From: an uncultured Acidobacteriota bacterium
Lineage (GTDB): Bacteria; Acidobacteriota; Vicinamibacteria; Fen-336
DNA length: 64,000 bases
Reading direction: 5' to 3'
Assembly: GCA_963744315.1 (NCBI GenBank)
Contig: CAVUTB010000005.1
Coordinates: 267,899 to 331,898 of the forward strand
In this document: piece by piece, positions 31,301 through 46,301 of the stretch
Numbering within the stretch: the first letter of the stretch is position 1
Layout: the number at the start of each line of letters is the position of its first letter
The notes under the pieces: generated by a model
Seen by the model: the letters and a program-made list of their open reading frames with translations, nothing else
Databases searched by the model: none
Told to the model about the DNA's origin: nothing
Position numbers and translations under genes: made by a program

Positions 31301-32915
31301 ATGCGTTCCGCTCGGCCGCTCGCGTTGGCACTCGCGTGCGCCGTCACGTGTGTGATGGCAGCGGCGACGCCCAGCTGGGCGCAGCTTCCGGGCCTGCCGA
31401 AGACCAACGCCGCCGCGGCAGCGCCAATCGCGCCCGAAGCCGAGGCCTCGGACTCGCCGCGAGCCGCGGCGCGCGAGTTCATGCGGCTGGCGATGAGGAA
31501 GGGCGATTTCGAGGCGGCGGCGCGCTACCTGGTGCTGCCGGCCGGCGAGCAGCAGCGCGGAGCCGAGCTCGCCCGACGGCTGCGGGCGGTGCTCGAGCGC
31601 CACCTCGACATCAAGCTCGACGGGCTCTCGCCCGCGTCCGCTGGCAATCGCGAGGACGGGCTGCCGGAGGGAGTCGACAGCATCGGCCAGGTCCCCGACG
31701 GGCACGGCGGAATGGACAGCGTGTTCCTGGTGCAGACGCGCACGGCCGCCGGGGCCCGCTGGGCCTTCTCGCTGCAGACCGTCCAGCGCATCGACGGCTG
31801 GTACGACGAGCTGCCCGACCGCTGGATCCGCGAGGCGATCCCGGAGCGCCTGCAGCGCACGGGGCCGTGGGCCGTGATGTGGTGGCAGTGGCTGGCGCTT
31901 CCCGTGCTCGCCGCGCTCGCGCTCGTGGCCGGCCGCGTCGTCGGCGGCGTCACGACCCGGATCCTGCACCGGCTGCTGCGCCGCACGCCTTCGCTCTGGG
32001 ACGAGCGGCTGCTGAAGAAGATCGCGCCCGCGCTCACGCTGCTCTGGACCGTCGCGGCGGCGGCGCTGATGCTGCCGTTTCTCGGGCTGCGCCCCGGCGT
32101 CCACCAGTCGATCCAAGCGCTCCTCGGCGGCTTCGCCACCGTCGGCGTCTTCTGGGTGCTCTGGCGCGCGGTCGACGTCTGGGGCCAGTACCTGATGGAG
32201 CGCCCATGGGCGCTCAGCAACCCGTCCGCCCGCTCGCTGCTGTCGGTGACCCGCAACCTCGCGCGCGTGTTCGTCCTGGTGTCGGGCCTGGTGGCGGCGC
32301 TCAGCGCGCTCGGCTATCCGGTCGCCACCGTGCTCGCCGGCCTCGGCATCGGCGGAATCGCGATCGCGTTCGGCGCGCAGAAGACGATCGAGAACCTGTT
32401 CGGCTCGATCTCGATCGCCGCCGACCAGCCGTTCCGGGTCGGCGACCTCGTCAAGATCGAGGACATCACCGGCATCGTCGAGCGGATCGGGATGCGCTCG
32501 ACGCAGATCCGCACGGCCGATCGCACGCTCGTCACGCTGCCGAACGGCAAGCTGGCGGACATGCGGACCGAGGACTTCGCGGCGCGCGACCGCATCCGCT
32601 TCGTGACGACGCTGGGGCTCGTGCACGGAACGACCGAGGCCCAGCTGCGCCGGATCGTCGCCGAGATCGAGGCCCTGCTGCGCGCGCACCCGAAGGTCTG
32701 GCCCGAGACGGTGATCGTCGAGCTTCGTCAGCCTGGGGCCGTCGTCGCTGAACGTCGACGTGCAGTGCTGGTTCCAGCTCCCCGACAACGCGGAGTACCG
32801 CACGGCGCGCCAGGAGACGCTCTTCGGCATCCTGCGCATCGTGGAGGGAGCGGGCGCGAGCTTCGCGTTCCCGACGCAGACGCTCCACGTGGTCGGAAGA
32901 GCGCCGCTGGAATAG
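31301..32915 (+). CDS. MscS-family mechanosensitive channel with periplasmic N-terminal domain; frameshift near 32725
   Basis: DSPRAAAREF, LAGLGIGGIAIAFGAQKTIENLFG, DQPFRVGD, IGMRSTQIRT, C-terminal FAFPTQTL. Confidence 0.93.
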
Positions 32916-32925
32916 CGCCGGCCGC

Positions 32926-33707
32926 CTACTTCTTCCCGAACACCTCGGCGAAGAGCTTGAGCATCTGTTCCCAGGAGGCTTTGTCGGCCTCGGCGTTGTA
33001 GCCGAGCGCCGCCATGCCGACCTTGTCGGCGTCGGGGTTCGTGAAGCTGTGCTTGGCGTGCTCCAGGGGACGACCTTGAAGTTCGCGCCGGCGGCGGTCA
33101 TCTCCTTCTTGAAGGCCTCGACCTGGTCCGGGCCGATCATCGGGTCGTCGGCTCCCGTGAGGATCAGCAGCCGCGCCTTGACCGCGCCCGGCGCGGCCGG
33201 CTGCTGCGTGGCGAGCGCGCCGTGGAACGTCACGAGCGCGGCGAGGTCGACGCCCTGCCGCGCCATGCCGAGTGCTATGGCGCCGCCGAAGCAGTAGCCG
33301 ATCGCCGCGATGCGCTCGGGGTCGACATGCGGGTCCTGCTTCAGCAGGTCGCGCGCGAGGAAGCGGGCCTTCACCAGCTGCGGGTCCTTGGTGGCCTCGC
33401 TCGCGAAAGCCTGGGCGGTCTCGGGGTGGGTGGTGACCTTGCCCTTGCCGTACATGTCGAGCGCGAAGCCCACGTAGCCCGACTTCGCGAGCCGGATCGC
33501 CTGGTTGCGCGCGTGCTGGTTGTGACCCCACCACTCGTGCACCACGATCACGCCCGGCTGCCTCTTCTTGGCTTCGGCGTCCCAGGCGAGGAAGCCCTGG
33601 AGCTCCGTGTCGCCCTGCTTGTAGGTGACTTCCTTCGTCGCGACCTCCGCGTGCGAGAGAGCGGAGACGAGCAGCAGCGCGGCGGCCGAAGCGGCGGAAC
33701 GCAGCAT
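32926..33707 (-). CDS. Exported dienelactone hydrolase-family protein; frameshift near 33070
   Basis: HEWWGHN, ALDMYG, IGYCFGG, FHG, AKHSFTNP. Confidence 0.92.
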
Positions 33708-33721
33708 GGGAAACCTCCGGT

Positions 33722-35320
33722 CTAGTGACGGTCGAACGAATAGATGGCGGCGAACGGCGTCGATCCCGGGCGCCGGCCGATGTCGCGCTCGGGGTTCGCG
33801 GCGAGCCGCTCGAGGATGTGGAACACGGTCTCGACCTCGTCGGGAGCGCCCGCGGCCTCGGCCAGCTCCTCGCAGGTCCCGCCGCGCGCGCCGCGCGCGA
33901 CGAGCGCCGCGAGCAGCTTGCGCTGCAGCTCGAGCACGGACGCCGCCGCCTTCTTGCCCGCCTCGACGCCCGGCTGGTGGTAGGCGTTGACCCCGACGAG
34001 GCTCGCGTAGAGCCCCACCGCGCGCTCGTAGAGCGCGATCAGCATCCCCAGGCTTCGCGCGGAAACGTCCGGGATCGTGAGCGTGAGCGAGGGCCGGCCG
34101 CTCTCGTGGAGCGCCTGCCGCGTCCCGAACAGCAGCCCGTCGAGGAAGTCCCCGCTGGTGGCGCCCGCCTCCAGCTCGAGGCTCGGCCCCTCGCGGTGGC
34201 GCAGCACGCGCACGAAGGTGACGAAGAAGTCGGCCGTGCCGTCGCGCAGCTGCTGCACGTAGGCATGCTGGTCGGTCGAGCCCTTGTTGCCGTAGACCGT
34301 GAGGCCCTGGTGCACCACGCGGCCCTCGAGATCCCTCTGCTTGCCGAGCGACTCCATCACGAGCTGCTGCAGGTAGCGGCTGAAGAGCAGCAGGCGGTCC
34401 TTGTAGGGCAGCACGACCATCGCCTTCGCGCCGCGCCCTTCGCCGGCCACGTGCCAGGCGAGCGCCAGAAGCGCCGCCGGGTTGCGCTGCGGATCGGGTC
34501 GGCGCGTGACGTCGTCCATCGCCGAGGCGCCCGCGAGGAACCCGGAGACGTCGATCCCCTGGAGCGCGGCCGGCACCAGGCCGACGGCGCTCGTCACGGA
34601 GGTGCGCCCGCCGACCCAGTCCCACATCGGGAAGCGCTCGAGGAAGCGCTGCTCGACCGCCTGACGGTCGAGGGCGCTGCCCTCCTGCGTGATCGCGACC
34701 GCGTGCGGGCCGAACTCGAGGCCGTGCGCCTTGTACACGGCGGCCGCTTCGAGCATCCCGTTCCGCGTCTCGGGCGTGCCGCCCGACTTCGAGATCACGA
34801 CCGTGAGCGTCTCCCCGAGCGCGCCGCCGAGCCTCCCGAGCACGCGGTCGATGCCGTCGGGGTCGGTGTTGTCGAGGAAGTGCGGCTGCAGGCGGTCGGC
34901 CGAGCTCGACAGCGCGTCGGCCACCAGCTGCGGGCCGAGCGCCGACCCGCCGATCCCGATCACCAGCAGGTGCCGGAAGCGCTCGGCGCGAGGCGGCTTC
35001 CGCCGGCCGTCGTGGACCCGCTTCGCGAAGTCGCGAACGCGCTCGCGGGTCTTCGCGGATCGCGGCGGCGATCTCCGGCGTGGGCGCGCGCTCTCGGGCG
35101 CGCGCAGCCAGTAGTGGCCGACCATGCGCTTCTCGTCCGGGTTCGCGAGCGTGCCCTGCTCGAGCGCGGCCATCGCGGCGAAGGCGCGATCGATCAGGGG
35201 CTTCCGCTCCCGGAGCGCATCTTCGCCGAAGCCCATGCGGCTCAGGTCCAGGCGGAAGCCGAGCGACGGCTCGTCGAGCAGCAGGGTCTGGTAGCGCTGC
35301 CAGAGGTCGCGGGGGTTCAT
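33722..35320 (-). CDS. pgi: Glucose-6-phosphate isomerase
   Basis: [53 protein letters not shown]. Confidence 0.97.
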   Translation of the reverse strand: MNPRDLWQRYQTLLLDEPSLGFRLDLSRMGFGEDALRERKPLIDRAFAAMAALEQGTLANPDEKRMVGHYWLRAPESARPRRRSPPRSAKTRERVRDFAKRVHDGRRKPPRAERFRHLLVIGIGGSALGPQLVADALSSSADRLQPHFLDNTDPDGIDRVLGRLGGALGETLTVVISKSGGTPETRNGMLEAAAVYKAHGLEFGPHAVAITQEGSALDRQAVEQRFLERFPMWDWVGGRTSVTSAVGLVPAALQGIDVSGFLAGASAMDDVTRRPDPQRNPAALLALAWHVAGEGRGAKAMVVLPYKDRLLLFSRYLQQLVMESLGKQRDLEGRVVHQGLTVYGNKGSTDQHAYVQQLRDGTADFFVTFVRVLRHREGPSLELEAGATSGDFLDGLLFGTRQALHESGRPSLTLTIPDVSARSLGMLIALYERAVGLYASLVGVNAYHQPGVEAGKKAAASVLELQRKLLAALVARGARGGTCEELAEAAGAPDEVETVFHILERLAANPERDIGRRPGSTPFAAIYSFDRH

Positions 35321-35409
35321 GGAGTCCTTAGTGGCATTCTGTCAAAAGATCCCGTGCCATTGCGCGTTCTTTCGGGCCGAGCGACACTCGGAGGGACATG
35401 AGAGAGGGC

Positions 35410-36733
35410 ATGACCCACAAGAAGCTGCTCCTGCTCGCCGCCCTGCTCGCTGGCTCCTGCGGAGGCGGCTCCCCCACCTCCCCGACACCGACGACGAGCC
35501 CGTCCTCGAGCGCCGCCTGCACCACGAGCGGCCAGGTCACGTTCGTGCGCGACGCGCTCCAGTCCTACTACTACTGGTACAAGGAGATGCCGAGTCCCGA
35601 CGTCGCGGGCTTCGCGTCGCCCGAGGCCTACCTCGACGCCGTGCGCTACCGCACGCTCGACAGCAGCTACAGCTACATCAACTCGAAGGCCGCGAGCGAC
35701 GCCTTCTTCTCGGACAGCCAGTTCATCGGCTTCGGCCTCGCCTACAAGCAGACGGGCGACCTCGAGCTGCGGCTCACGCAGACGTTCCCCGGCAGCCCCG
35801 CGGCCGAGGCGGGCATGGACCGCGGCCACTACCTGGTGTCGATCGGCGGCAAGCCGGTCGCCGACCTCATCCGCACCGGCGAGATCGGCACGATCTTCGG
35901 CCCCGAGCAGGTCGGCTACTCGACGCAGGTCTCGTGGCGGGCGCCCGGAGGCTCCGAGCGGAGCGCGACGCTCACCAAGCGGCTGGTGACGATCCCGACG
36001 GTGTCGCAGACCGCCGTGATCAACTCCGGTTCCGCGCGTGTGGGCTACGTCCACTTCCGCAATTTCGTCCAGCCGTCGGTCGAGGCGCTCAACACGGCCT
36101 TCCAGCAGCTCAAGGACCAGGGCGCGACGGACCTCGTCCTCGACCTGCGTTACAACGGCGGCGGCCTGGTGTCGGTCGCGCAGCACCTCGCGGGGCTGAT
36201 CGCCGGCTCGCCGCTCGTCGGCCAGACATTCGTGCAGTTCACGCACAACGACAAGCAGACGAGCCGCAACACGCGCCTACCGCTTCGAGAGCAAGCCGCA
36301 GGCGCTCGCGGTCCCGCGGCTCGCCGTGATCGCGACGCGCGGCTCGGCCTCCGCCAGCGAGGCGATCATCAACGGCCTGCGCCCGTACATGGACGTGAAG
36401 GTCGTGGGCGACACCACCTACGGCAAGCCGGTCGGCCAGTACGGCTTCGACTTCTGCGACAAGGTGCTCTACCCGGTGGCGTTCCTGGTCACGAACTCTC
36501 GCGGCCAGGCCGACTACTACACCGGCATCCCCGCGGACTGCGCCGCCGCGGACGACGTCGACCACGCGCTCGCCGACTCCCGCGAGGCGTCGCTCTCCGA
36601 GGCGCTCGCGGTGCTCCGCAACGGGCGCTGCAGCGGGCAGGCGGCGGCCGCCCGGGCGGAGATCGAGAGCCTGCGCCGGCGCGTCGTCGAGATCCCGCGC
36701 GACGGCTGGCGGCAGACGCTCAACGCATGGTGA
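35410..36733 (+). CDS. S41-family peptidase lipoprotein with PDZ domain; frameshift near 36275
   Basis: Lipobox LAGSC, YYYWY, GSPAAEAG, LVLDLRYNGGG, SASASEAIINGL, TYGKPVG. Confidence 0.92.
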
Positions 36734-36814
36734 GGCGGGTGGCGCGTGCTATCATCCCGCGCGACCGCCGCCTCCTGAGCGACTGAAGGCTCGGGCCGCG
36801 TCGGCGATCCCTGG

Positions 36815-38431
<1,617 letters not shown>

Positions 38432-38499
38432 TCCCCGCCCGGGACTAAGTCACGGCCCATGATACGATTGCCGCGCGGGGGAGGTCTGCGCCGTTTCCC

Positions 38500-40785
38500 A
38501 TGGGCCTCGAGCAGATCGGGAAGTACCAGGTCGTCGCGAAGATCGGCGAAGGTGCGATGGGCGAGGTCTACAAGGCCCGCGACCCGCTCCTGAACCGCAA
38601 CGTCGCGATCAAGACGATCTCGGGCTCGCTCGCCGCCGACCCGCAGTTCAAGGAGCGCTTCAAGCGCGAGGCACAGTCGGCCGCTTCGCTCAATCACCCG
38701 AACATCGTCACCGTCTACGAGTACGGCGACGACGCGGGTGTCACCTACATCGCGATGGAGTTCCTCGAGGGGGTCGACCTCCGCGAGGCGATCCGCGCGA
38801 AGGCGCTCGGCCATCTCGGCCGCAAGCTGGAGGTGATGGAGCAGATCAGCGAAGGTGTCGCCTCCGCGCACGCGCGCGGGATCGTCCACCGCGATCTCAA
38901 GCCCGGCAACGTCCACATCCAGCCGAGCGGCCACATCAAGATCCTCGACTTCGGGCTCGCCAAGCTGGGCGCCTCCGAGCTGACGCGCAGCGGAACGGTG
39001 ATGGGGACCCCGCACTACATGTCCCCCGAGCAGCTGCGCGGACAGAAGGCCGACGCGCGCGCCGACGTCTTCTCGCTGGGCGCGATCTTCTACGAGATCC
39101 TCTCGGGCCAGCGCGCCTTCGAGAACCAGCCGATGCACGAGGTGCTGGCCCGCCTGCGCGACCGCGAGCCCGTGCCGCTGCGCAAGCGCGCCCCGGCGAC
39201 GCCGGCGTTGCTCGTCGACGTCGTCGAGCGGGCGATGGCGCGCGAGCCGAGCAATCGCTTCAAGGACGCGGGCGAGCTGAGCCGCGCGCTCGTCCACGCG
39301 CGCGAGGAGCTCGCCGGCGAGACGCTCGCGGCGCCGCTCTCCCTGGAGGACGCCAGCGAGCGCACGCTGCTGCAGGCGGCCGGCGCGACGATCATCGAGC
39401 CGCGCCCCAAGTCGCGCACGACCGTGATCGGATCGAGCGCGCTCGACATGGGCGGCCACCACGAGCCACAGCGCACGATGCGCCCCGAGGCGACGATGGC
39501 GGTCGGCCCGCCGACCGAGATCAGGCGCCGCCTGAGCCCGCTCGCCGTGGGTGCCGTGGTGCTGGCGCTCGGCTCCGTGGCCGCCGTGGGGTTCTGGCTG
39601 CGCCAGCGAACGGCCGCGCCGAGCGGACGGCCGGAGCGACGACGGCGCCGGCGGCGCAGGACCAGCTCGGCATGATCACGTTGGATCTGGCCAACTCGAA
39701 GCTGGAGCTGGCGCGGGCCGAATTCGAGAACCACGACTACGCCGCCGCGGCCGCGAGCGCGCGCGAGGCCCTCGACCTCGACCCGAGCAACCCCGACGCG
39801 AAGGCGCTCGTGGAGCAGGCGGAGAAGGCCCAGAAGGACCTCGACGCCGCCGTGGCCGAAGCCCGTGCGGCCACGGCGCGCGGGGACACGTCGTCCGCGA
39901 CCGCCGCGCTCGCCCGCGTGTTGGCGCTCGACTCGCGCCACCCCGTCGCGGCCGAGCTGTCGCAGAGCCTGAACCAGTCGTTCCGCCAGCAGGCCGAGGA
40001 GGCGCGGCGCCAGACGCGGCCTCGCGCGCCGCCGCCGACAAGCTGCGGGCGTCGGCGCTACCGGAGTACGTCGCCGCCGCGAAGCTGACGGTCGAGGCGG
40101 ATGGCGTGTTCCAGCGCGAGCAGTTCACTGCCGCGGCGCAGAAGTACCTCGCCTCGCGCGACGGCTTCGAAGCGGCGCGGCGCGTGGCCGAGAGCCGCGC
40201 GGCCGAGGCGGCCCGCGCCGCCGAGGCGACGCGCCTGGCGGAGCAGGCGCGCGCGGAAGCGGCTCGCCAGGCCTCGCTCAACCCGCAGCCGCCGCGCCCG
40301 ACCTACGTCCCGCCCCCCGTGACGACCACGACGTGCCCTCCGTTCGCATCCAGCCTTCGGTGGCTCCGTCGATCGCGCCGAGCCTCGCGCCCACGGCGGT
40401 GCCGACGGCGGTCGCGAGCACGTCGAGCCCTTCGCCGGCCGCGGCCTCCGCTTCCGCCGCGGACCCCCGCATGGCCGAGATCGACCGGGTGCTCTCGAGC
40501 TACAAGCGCGCCTACGAGGCGCTCGACGTCGCCGCACTGCGCGCGGTGATGGACCTGAGCCCGCAGCAGGAGAAGGGGCTGCGCGAAGCCTTCAAGGCCT
40601 TCAAGTCGTACGGGCTCGACATCACGCCGATCGCGACGAGCTTCGAAGCCGACGGTCGCGCGACCGTGCGCGTGTCGCGGCAGGACATCATCAACGGCCA
40701 GAAGCGCTCGCCGATGCGCCAGGTCTTCGTGCTCGGCCGCCAGGGCGACGGCTGGCGGATCGTTTCCTACTCGTTCGAGAAGTAG
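38500..40785 (+). CDS. Hanks-type Ser/Thr protein kinase with TM, TPR-like region and NTF2-like C-terminus; frameshifts near 39640, 40015, 40330
   Basis: GEGAMGEV, VAIK, HRDLKPGN, DFGLA, GTPHYMSPEQ; TM; AREALDLDPSNPDAKAL; C-terminal YKRAYEALDVAAL...GDGWRIVS. Confidence 0.88.
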
Positions 40786-40871
40786 GAAACGGGCCGGGCT
40801 GGACGGACAACGGCCCTACGACAGGCCAGAGATTCTAGTTTCGATTCTCCGCTCGACTGGGAGAGCCAAAA

Positions 40872-42213
40872 CTAGAATGAGTAGTCCAATCCGAACACCG
40901 GCGTGACCTGCGACTGCAGGCCGCCGTCGCCCATCGAGATCAGGACGTTGCCGACGATCAGCAGGCGGCCCGCCGGGTTGAACTTGAAGCCCACCGAGGC
41001 GAGGTAGAGGCCCATGTTGCCGGTCGTGCTGCCGAGCTGCTGCCGCGTCGCCGACCTCACCGTCGGATCGTTGCGCTGGGTGAACTGGTAGGTGTGGTCC
41101 TCGACCACGAGCCGCTCCGCGTCGAGCAGCGTGCGGCCTACGAAGTCGGCCGCGATCGTCAGCCGCGGGTGGACGCGCGACGTCGAAGCCGGCCGTGTAG
41201 TTGAGCTCGTCGGGCAGGTCGCCGGTGAACTCGCTGCCTCCGCTCGAGAAGGTGTAGCCGAAGCTCGCGCGCGGCGAGAAGCGGCCCGGCGAGCCGCCGA
41301 TCACGCCCCAGAGCTTGAACTGCGTGGCGCCCGAGCCGAGCAGGTCGGCCTCGTCCCCGGTCGGCATCCGCAGGTCGCCGCCGAGCGCCGCGCTCGCGGA
41401 CGCGCCGCGGTACAAGTTCCACTTGGTCCGGAGCAGCACGTCGCCGATGCCGCTCGCATGCCCGCTCTCCGGGTAGACGTGCGACTGGGCGCCGTTCTGG
41501 TCGAACTGGTGGATGATGCCGGGCGTCGTGGCCGTCGCGATGTTGTCGATGGTAGCCGTGACGTTGGCATCCATGTCGATGCTCAGGAACGGCACGGCCA
41601 CGCCGACGTCGAGCCGCCCGCTCAACCCGTAGCTCGCGAGCAGCACGGTGGTGTCGGTCTTGAGGTCGATCGCGAGGTCGGACTTGATGATGTCGCCCTC
41701 GAAGAACAGGTTCAGGCTGGCGCCGTCGCGGTTCGTGTCCTCGTGCGTCAGGTAGAGCGGCAGCTCGCCGCCGCTCAGGTCGCGGCCCTCGAAGCGGTCC
41801 CAGCTCGCGTGCTGGTAGTTCACCGCGAGCGCGAACTTGTTCTTCCCGAGCGTGAGCGGCCGCTCGGCGAAGATCGGGCCGAACGACTGCGTCGTGCGGT
41901 TGTAGACGCCGAGCGTCTCGTCGAAGGTGTAGGTGAAGCCGCCCGAGGAGGAGCCGATCGGGAAGGTCGCGAGCTGCGCGGCGATGCCGGCGTTCAGCTG
42001 GCGCAGCGTGGCCTGCGCGTTCGACTGCGAGCGGAAGTGCGCGTCGTGGCTCTGCGCCGGGTTGTCGAGGTTCGGCGCGAGCACGACGGGGTTGTCGGGG
42101 GAGAAGAAACGCAGCAGCAGGCCGGCGAGGCCGGTGCTGCTGCTCTGGGCGGAAGCGGGTTGCGCCGCCGCGACAAGTACGAGACCCGAGATGAGGACGC
42201 GAATCCGACGCAT
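40872..42213 (-). CDS. Outer-membrane beta-barrel ('transporter'/MetA-pathway-like) protein; frameshift near 41175
   Basis: Signal peptide, SFGPIFAERPLTLGK, SGIGDVLLRTKW, LRMPTGDE, C-terminal GLDYSF beta-signal. Confidence 0.75.
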
Positions 42214-42283
42214 GTGTCTTCTCCTTCCCTCGAACGGCAATGAGGGCAAACTCCCCGAATCCTAGGGGTAGGCCCTTTGGGTG

Positions 42284-44625
42284 TCAATTCTGCTCGAGCG
42301 AGTCGAGCAGCGCGCGGGCGGCCGGGTCGGCGGGCGCCGCGGCCACCAGCTTCTCGGCGTAGCGGCGAGCCTCCGCGGCGGCCCCGCGCTCGCGGTTGAT
42401 GGTCACGAGCGCCACCAGCACGTTGCGCGCGCCGGGGTTGCGGGCGCTCGCGCGCCGGAGCACCGCGAGCGCGTCCTCGGTGCGCCCGGCGGAGTGCAGC
42501 CCGATCGCGTAAGTGTAGGCGTAGTCGGGCGTCCCCGGAGCCAGCTCGGCGGCCTGCGCGAGCTCGGCGAGCGCCTCGCTTCCGCGCTTCTGCCGCACCA
42601 GCAGGAGGCCGAGCGCGTGATGGACCGCTGCGTTCCGCGGGTCCATCGCGAGCGCCTTGCGCAGCGCCGTGGCTCCCTCGTCGTCCTTCCCCTGGAGCCG
42701 GAGCAGGTCGGCGAGGTTGACCCAGGCGGGGACGAACCAGGGCGCGAGTGCTATCGCCGTGTCGTAGTCGCGGCGCGCCGCCTCGAGATCGCCGCGCTTC
42801 TGGTCGACGATGCCGAGGTTGACGTGCGACTCGGGCCGCTCGGCGCTCGTCCGCTGCGCCAGGCGGTACTCGTCGAGCGCGCGGTCGAAGGCGCCGCGCG
42901 CCTCGCTCGCGAGCTCGGCGTCGGGCACGTCGAGGAACGCGGTCACCGCCTCGACGCGCACCGCCCGCACCTTGTCCCACAGCAGCTGCACGCCGATCCG
43001 CACGCGCTCGCGCGGCGGCAGCGCTTCGAGCGCGCTGGCCGCGCCGAGCCGCACCAGCGGGTCGGCGTCGCGCGCCGCCCGCTCGAGCGCCGGGAGCGAG
43101 TCGGGCCCCAGGTACGGGGGCAGCAGGGTCACGGCGGTGCCGCGGACGATCCCGGGCTGGCGCGGCGTCCTTCACGACCGCGAGCAGCGCGCGCTCCGCG
43201 TCCGGCTGGAACGTGCGTCCGGCGTGGAGGGCCGTCGCGTAGTGCGGCTGGTTCTGCCGCCCCGTCGGGGTAGAAGCGCTTCACCGCGCGCGCGGCCCAC
43301 GCGGCCGGGCGGTCCTTGTGGCAGTCGCTGCAGGCGTCGCGCGCCTGCTCGCTGCCGAGCGCGGCCGTCAGGTCGGGACGCGGGACGCGGAACGAATGGT
43401 CGTGGCGCGGGTCGACGACCATGTAGGTCTCGCGGCGCATGTGGCAGGCGACGCAGGAGGCGCCGCCGGCTCTTCTCGCGGTGGAAGTGGTGCTTGCGCG
43501 TCGCGAAGCGCTCGGGCGCGTGGCAGGTGGCGCAGACGAGGTCGGGATCGGCGCGCAGCGTCGCGCTGTGCGGGTCGTGGCAGTCCGAGCAGGTGACGCC
43601 GGCGGCGTACATCTTGCTCTGCAGGAACGAGCCCGTAGTTGTAGACCTCGTCGCGCATCTGCCCGTCCGCGTCGTAGAGGCCCTCGTCGAGCAGCGCGGG
43701 CCGGTGCGTCTGCGCGAGCAGCCGGCCGGGGCGGTACTCCTCCGTCAGCGGGCCGCGCCGCGCGTGGCAGCGCGCGCAGCTCTCCACCTCGCTGCGCATC
43801 TCCGCCACCTTCGAGGGCCGCGCGACGCCGCGCGCCGCGTCCATCACCCAGCTGCGCTGCTGCCGCTCGTCGTATCGCACCACGAGGCCGGGATCCCCTT
43901 CGGGCTGCGGCCGCGGGCCTTGGCCGCGAGCGCCCACTGCACGTGGCGCGAGGCGGGGCCGTGGCACGCCTCGCAGGACACGTTCAGCTCCGAGTACGTG
44001 GTCTCGAAGCTCCGCGTGGCGAGCGAGTAGCCCTTGCGCAGGTTCGTCGAGTGGCACTCGGCGCACTGGCTGTTCCAGTTCTGCGACGGCTTCGTCCAGT
44101 GCAGCACGTCGCTGTGCGGCACGCGCTCGCCCGGGTACAGGTGGAAGAAGCGCTGCCCGCCTTCCTGCTTCGGCCGGCTGTCCCAGGCGATCCCGAGCGC
44201 CTGCAGGCGTCCGCCCGGCAGCTCCAGCAGGTACTGCTCGAGCGGCGTCACGCCGAACAGGAAGGCCACGTCGAACTCGGCCAGCTTGCCGTCGGGCCCG
44301 TCGGTGCGGACGAGGTAGCGTCCGTCGCGCTTCGAGAAGGTCGTGACGACACCCTGGTGCTCGAAGCGGCGCGCCGCCGAAGTCTCCCTGCACGGTCCGC
44401 TCGTCCGGCTTCTGCATCGCGAGGTCGTGGTGCGAGCCGCGCCAGCGCCGGCGTCTCGGCCGCGTGGCACGTCTCGCAGGTGCTCACGCCCACGTAGTCG
44501 AGCGGCGGCGGGCCCATGGCCGTTCCCTGTCCGGGCGGCGGCAGCATGAGCACGACGCCGAGCGCGAGCACCACCAGGACCGCGGCCAGCAGGTAGAGGG
44601 CGCGCCTTCGTGCCGCGTGCGTCAT
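42284..44625 (-). CDS. Membrane-anchored multiheme c-type cytochrome (8 CxxCH) with HEAT/TPR C-terminus; several frameshifts
   Basis: CETCH, CAECH, CEACH, CARCH, CSDCH, CATCH, CVACH, CSDCH across frames; DHSFRVPRP; TPR repeats in 42284..43132. Confidence 0.9.
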
Positions 44626-44647
44626 GGAACGGAACTCAGGGTCCGCG

Positions 44648-45091
44648 TCAGCGCTTCAGCATCCGGATCTCGGTGCCGCCGCGCTCGAAGGAGACCTCGT
44701 CCATCAGCTGGTTGATCAGGTAGATGCCGCGGCCGTGGTGGCGGTAGAGGTTGCGGCCGCGCACCGGGCTCGGGATCGACGTCGGGTCGAAGCCCGCGCC
44801 GGGATCGCGCACCACGATCAGGATCCCGCGCGCCGGGTCGCAGGCGACGCACACCTCCACGCGCTTGTCGGGGTCGTTCCGGCAGCCATGCCGGATCGCG
44901 TTGGCGAGCGCCTCGCGCAGCGCCGTCTCGATCTCGAACTCCTTGCCCTGCGAGCACTCCATCCGGCGCGCGACCGCCATCACCTCTTCGACGGCGGGCG
45001 TCAGCGCTTCCAGCTGCCCCGGCACTTCCTTGCGAACGACGACCTCCAGGGCGTCCGGGTCGAAGTCGCAGCCGTTGCGCTCGTCGCTCAT
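44648..45091 (-). CDS. RsbW-like anti-sigma factor / HATPase_c Ser kinase
   Basis: EALANAIRHG, VRDPGAGFDP, GRGIYLINQLMD. Confidence 0.9.
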   Translation of the reverse strand: MSDERNGCDFDPDALEVVVRKEVPGQLEALTPAVEEVMAVARRMECSQGKEFEIETALREALANAIRHGCRNDPDKRVEVCVACDPARGILIVVRDPGAGFDPTSIPSPVRGRNLYRHHGRGIYLINQLMDEVSFERGGTEIRMLKR

Positions 45092-45143
45092 GCAGTTCTC
45101 GTCCCGGCGCGTCGCCCCCGGGGTGGGCTAGCATACCGAAAAG

Positions 45144-46221
45144 CTACGGGCTGCGGGGCGGCTCGGGCGAGCCGGGAGCGGCGACGACCGACTCGAACGC
45201 CGGCGTCGACCACTCGGCGAACTGCCCGTCCGGCTGGCGCACCACGAAGCGTGCGGCCAGCCGCTCGCGCGCCGCGAGCGCGCGGCCGGCATCGGGGCCG
45301 AGCACCATCAGCGTCGTGGCGAGCGCGTCGGCCCAGGCCCCGTCCGCGTCGACGACGGTCACCGACGCGAGGTCGTGGGCCACGGGCCGACCCGTGCGCG
45401 GGTCGAGGATGTGGCTCCGGCGGTGCCCCTGCGCGTCGGTCCAGACCTTGCGGTAGTCCCCCGAGGTGGCGACTCCGGCGTCGGCCAGCTCGAGCACCGG
45501 CGTGCGCCCCCTGGCCCCGTCGGGCCACTCGACCGCCACGCGCCAGCGGCCGCCGTCGGCGCGGCGGCCGCGCGCCGCCACCTCGCCGCCGACGTCCACG
45601 AGCACGTCGGGGTGGCCGAGCGCCACGATCGCGCGCGCGATCCGGTCCGCCGCCCAGCCGTCGCCGATCGCCGAGACGTCGCACGCCACGTCGGGCCGCG
45701 CCTTGGCCACGGTCGAGCGGGCCGCGTCGAGCGCGAGCAGCCGGTAGCCCACGCGCGCGCGAAGCGCCTGGAGCTCGTCGTCGCCCGGGGGCGTGCGCGT
45801 GGCACCGTGCGGCCCGAAGCCCCACGCCTCCACGAGCGGAAGCACCGTCGCGTCGAAGGCCCCCTGCGAGAGCTCGCTCGCGCGCCGCGCGAGCTCGAGC
45901 GCCTCGAGCGTCTCGCGCGAGACCGGAAAGGGCGCAGTCGACGGCGTGGGCGTTCAGCCGCGAGATCTCGGACTCCGGATTCCAGCCCGAGAACAGGCGG
46001 TCGGCGAGCGCGATCTGGCTCGTGATCGCCGACCGGACCTTCTCGTTGGCCGGCTCGTCGCCGACCGCCATCACCACGCGCACGGCGTAGCGGCTGCCGA
46101 AGGCCGGACCGGAGAAGACGACCGCGGCGCGGGTCGCCGCGGGGCCGCCCGACTGGCGCGCGAGCGCGAGGTCCGCGACCGGAACGACCAGCAGCGACGC
46201 GAGCAGCCAGGGTCGCGGCAC
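45144..46221 (-). CDS. apbE: FAD:protein FMN transferase (ApbE family); frameshift near 45930
   Basis: SEISRLNA, PLVEAWGFG, LVDVGGE, VATSGDYR, SHILDPRTG, ADALAT. Confidence 0.88.
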
Positions 46222-46301
46222 GAGAAGGCGAGTGTAGCGTGAGCCGCCGGCTTGCGCCGCGGCCGCCCGATCGATAATGATGCGACACACTCGGAGGTTT
46301 C

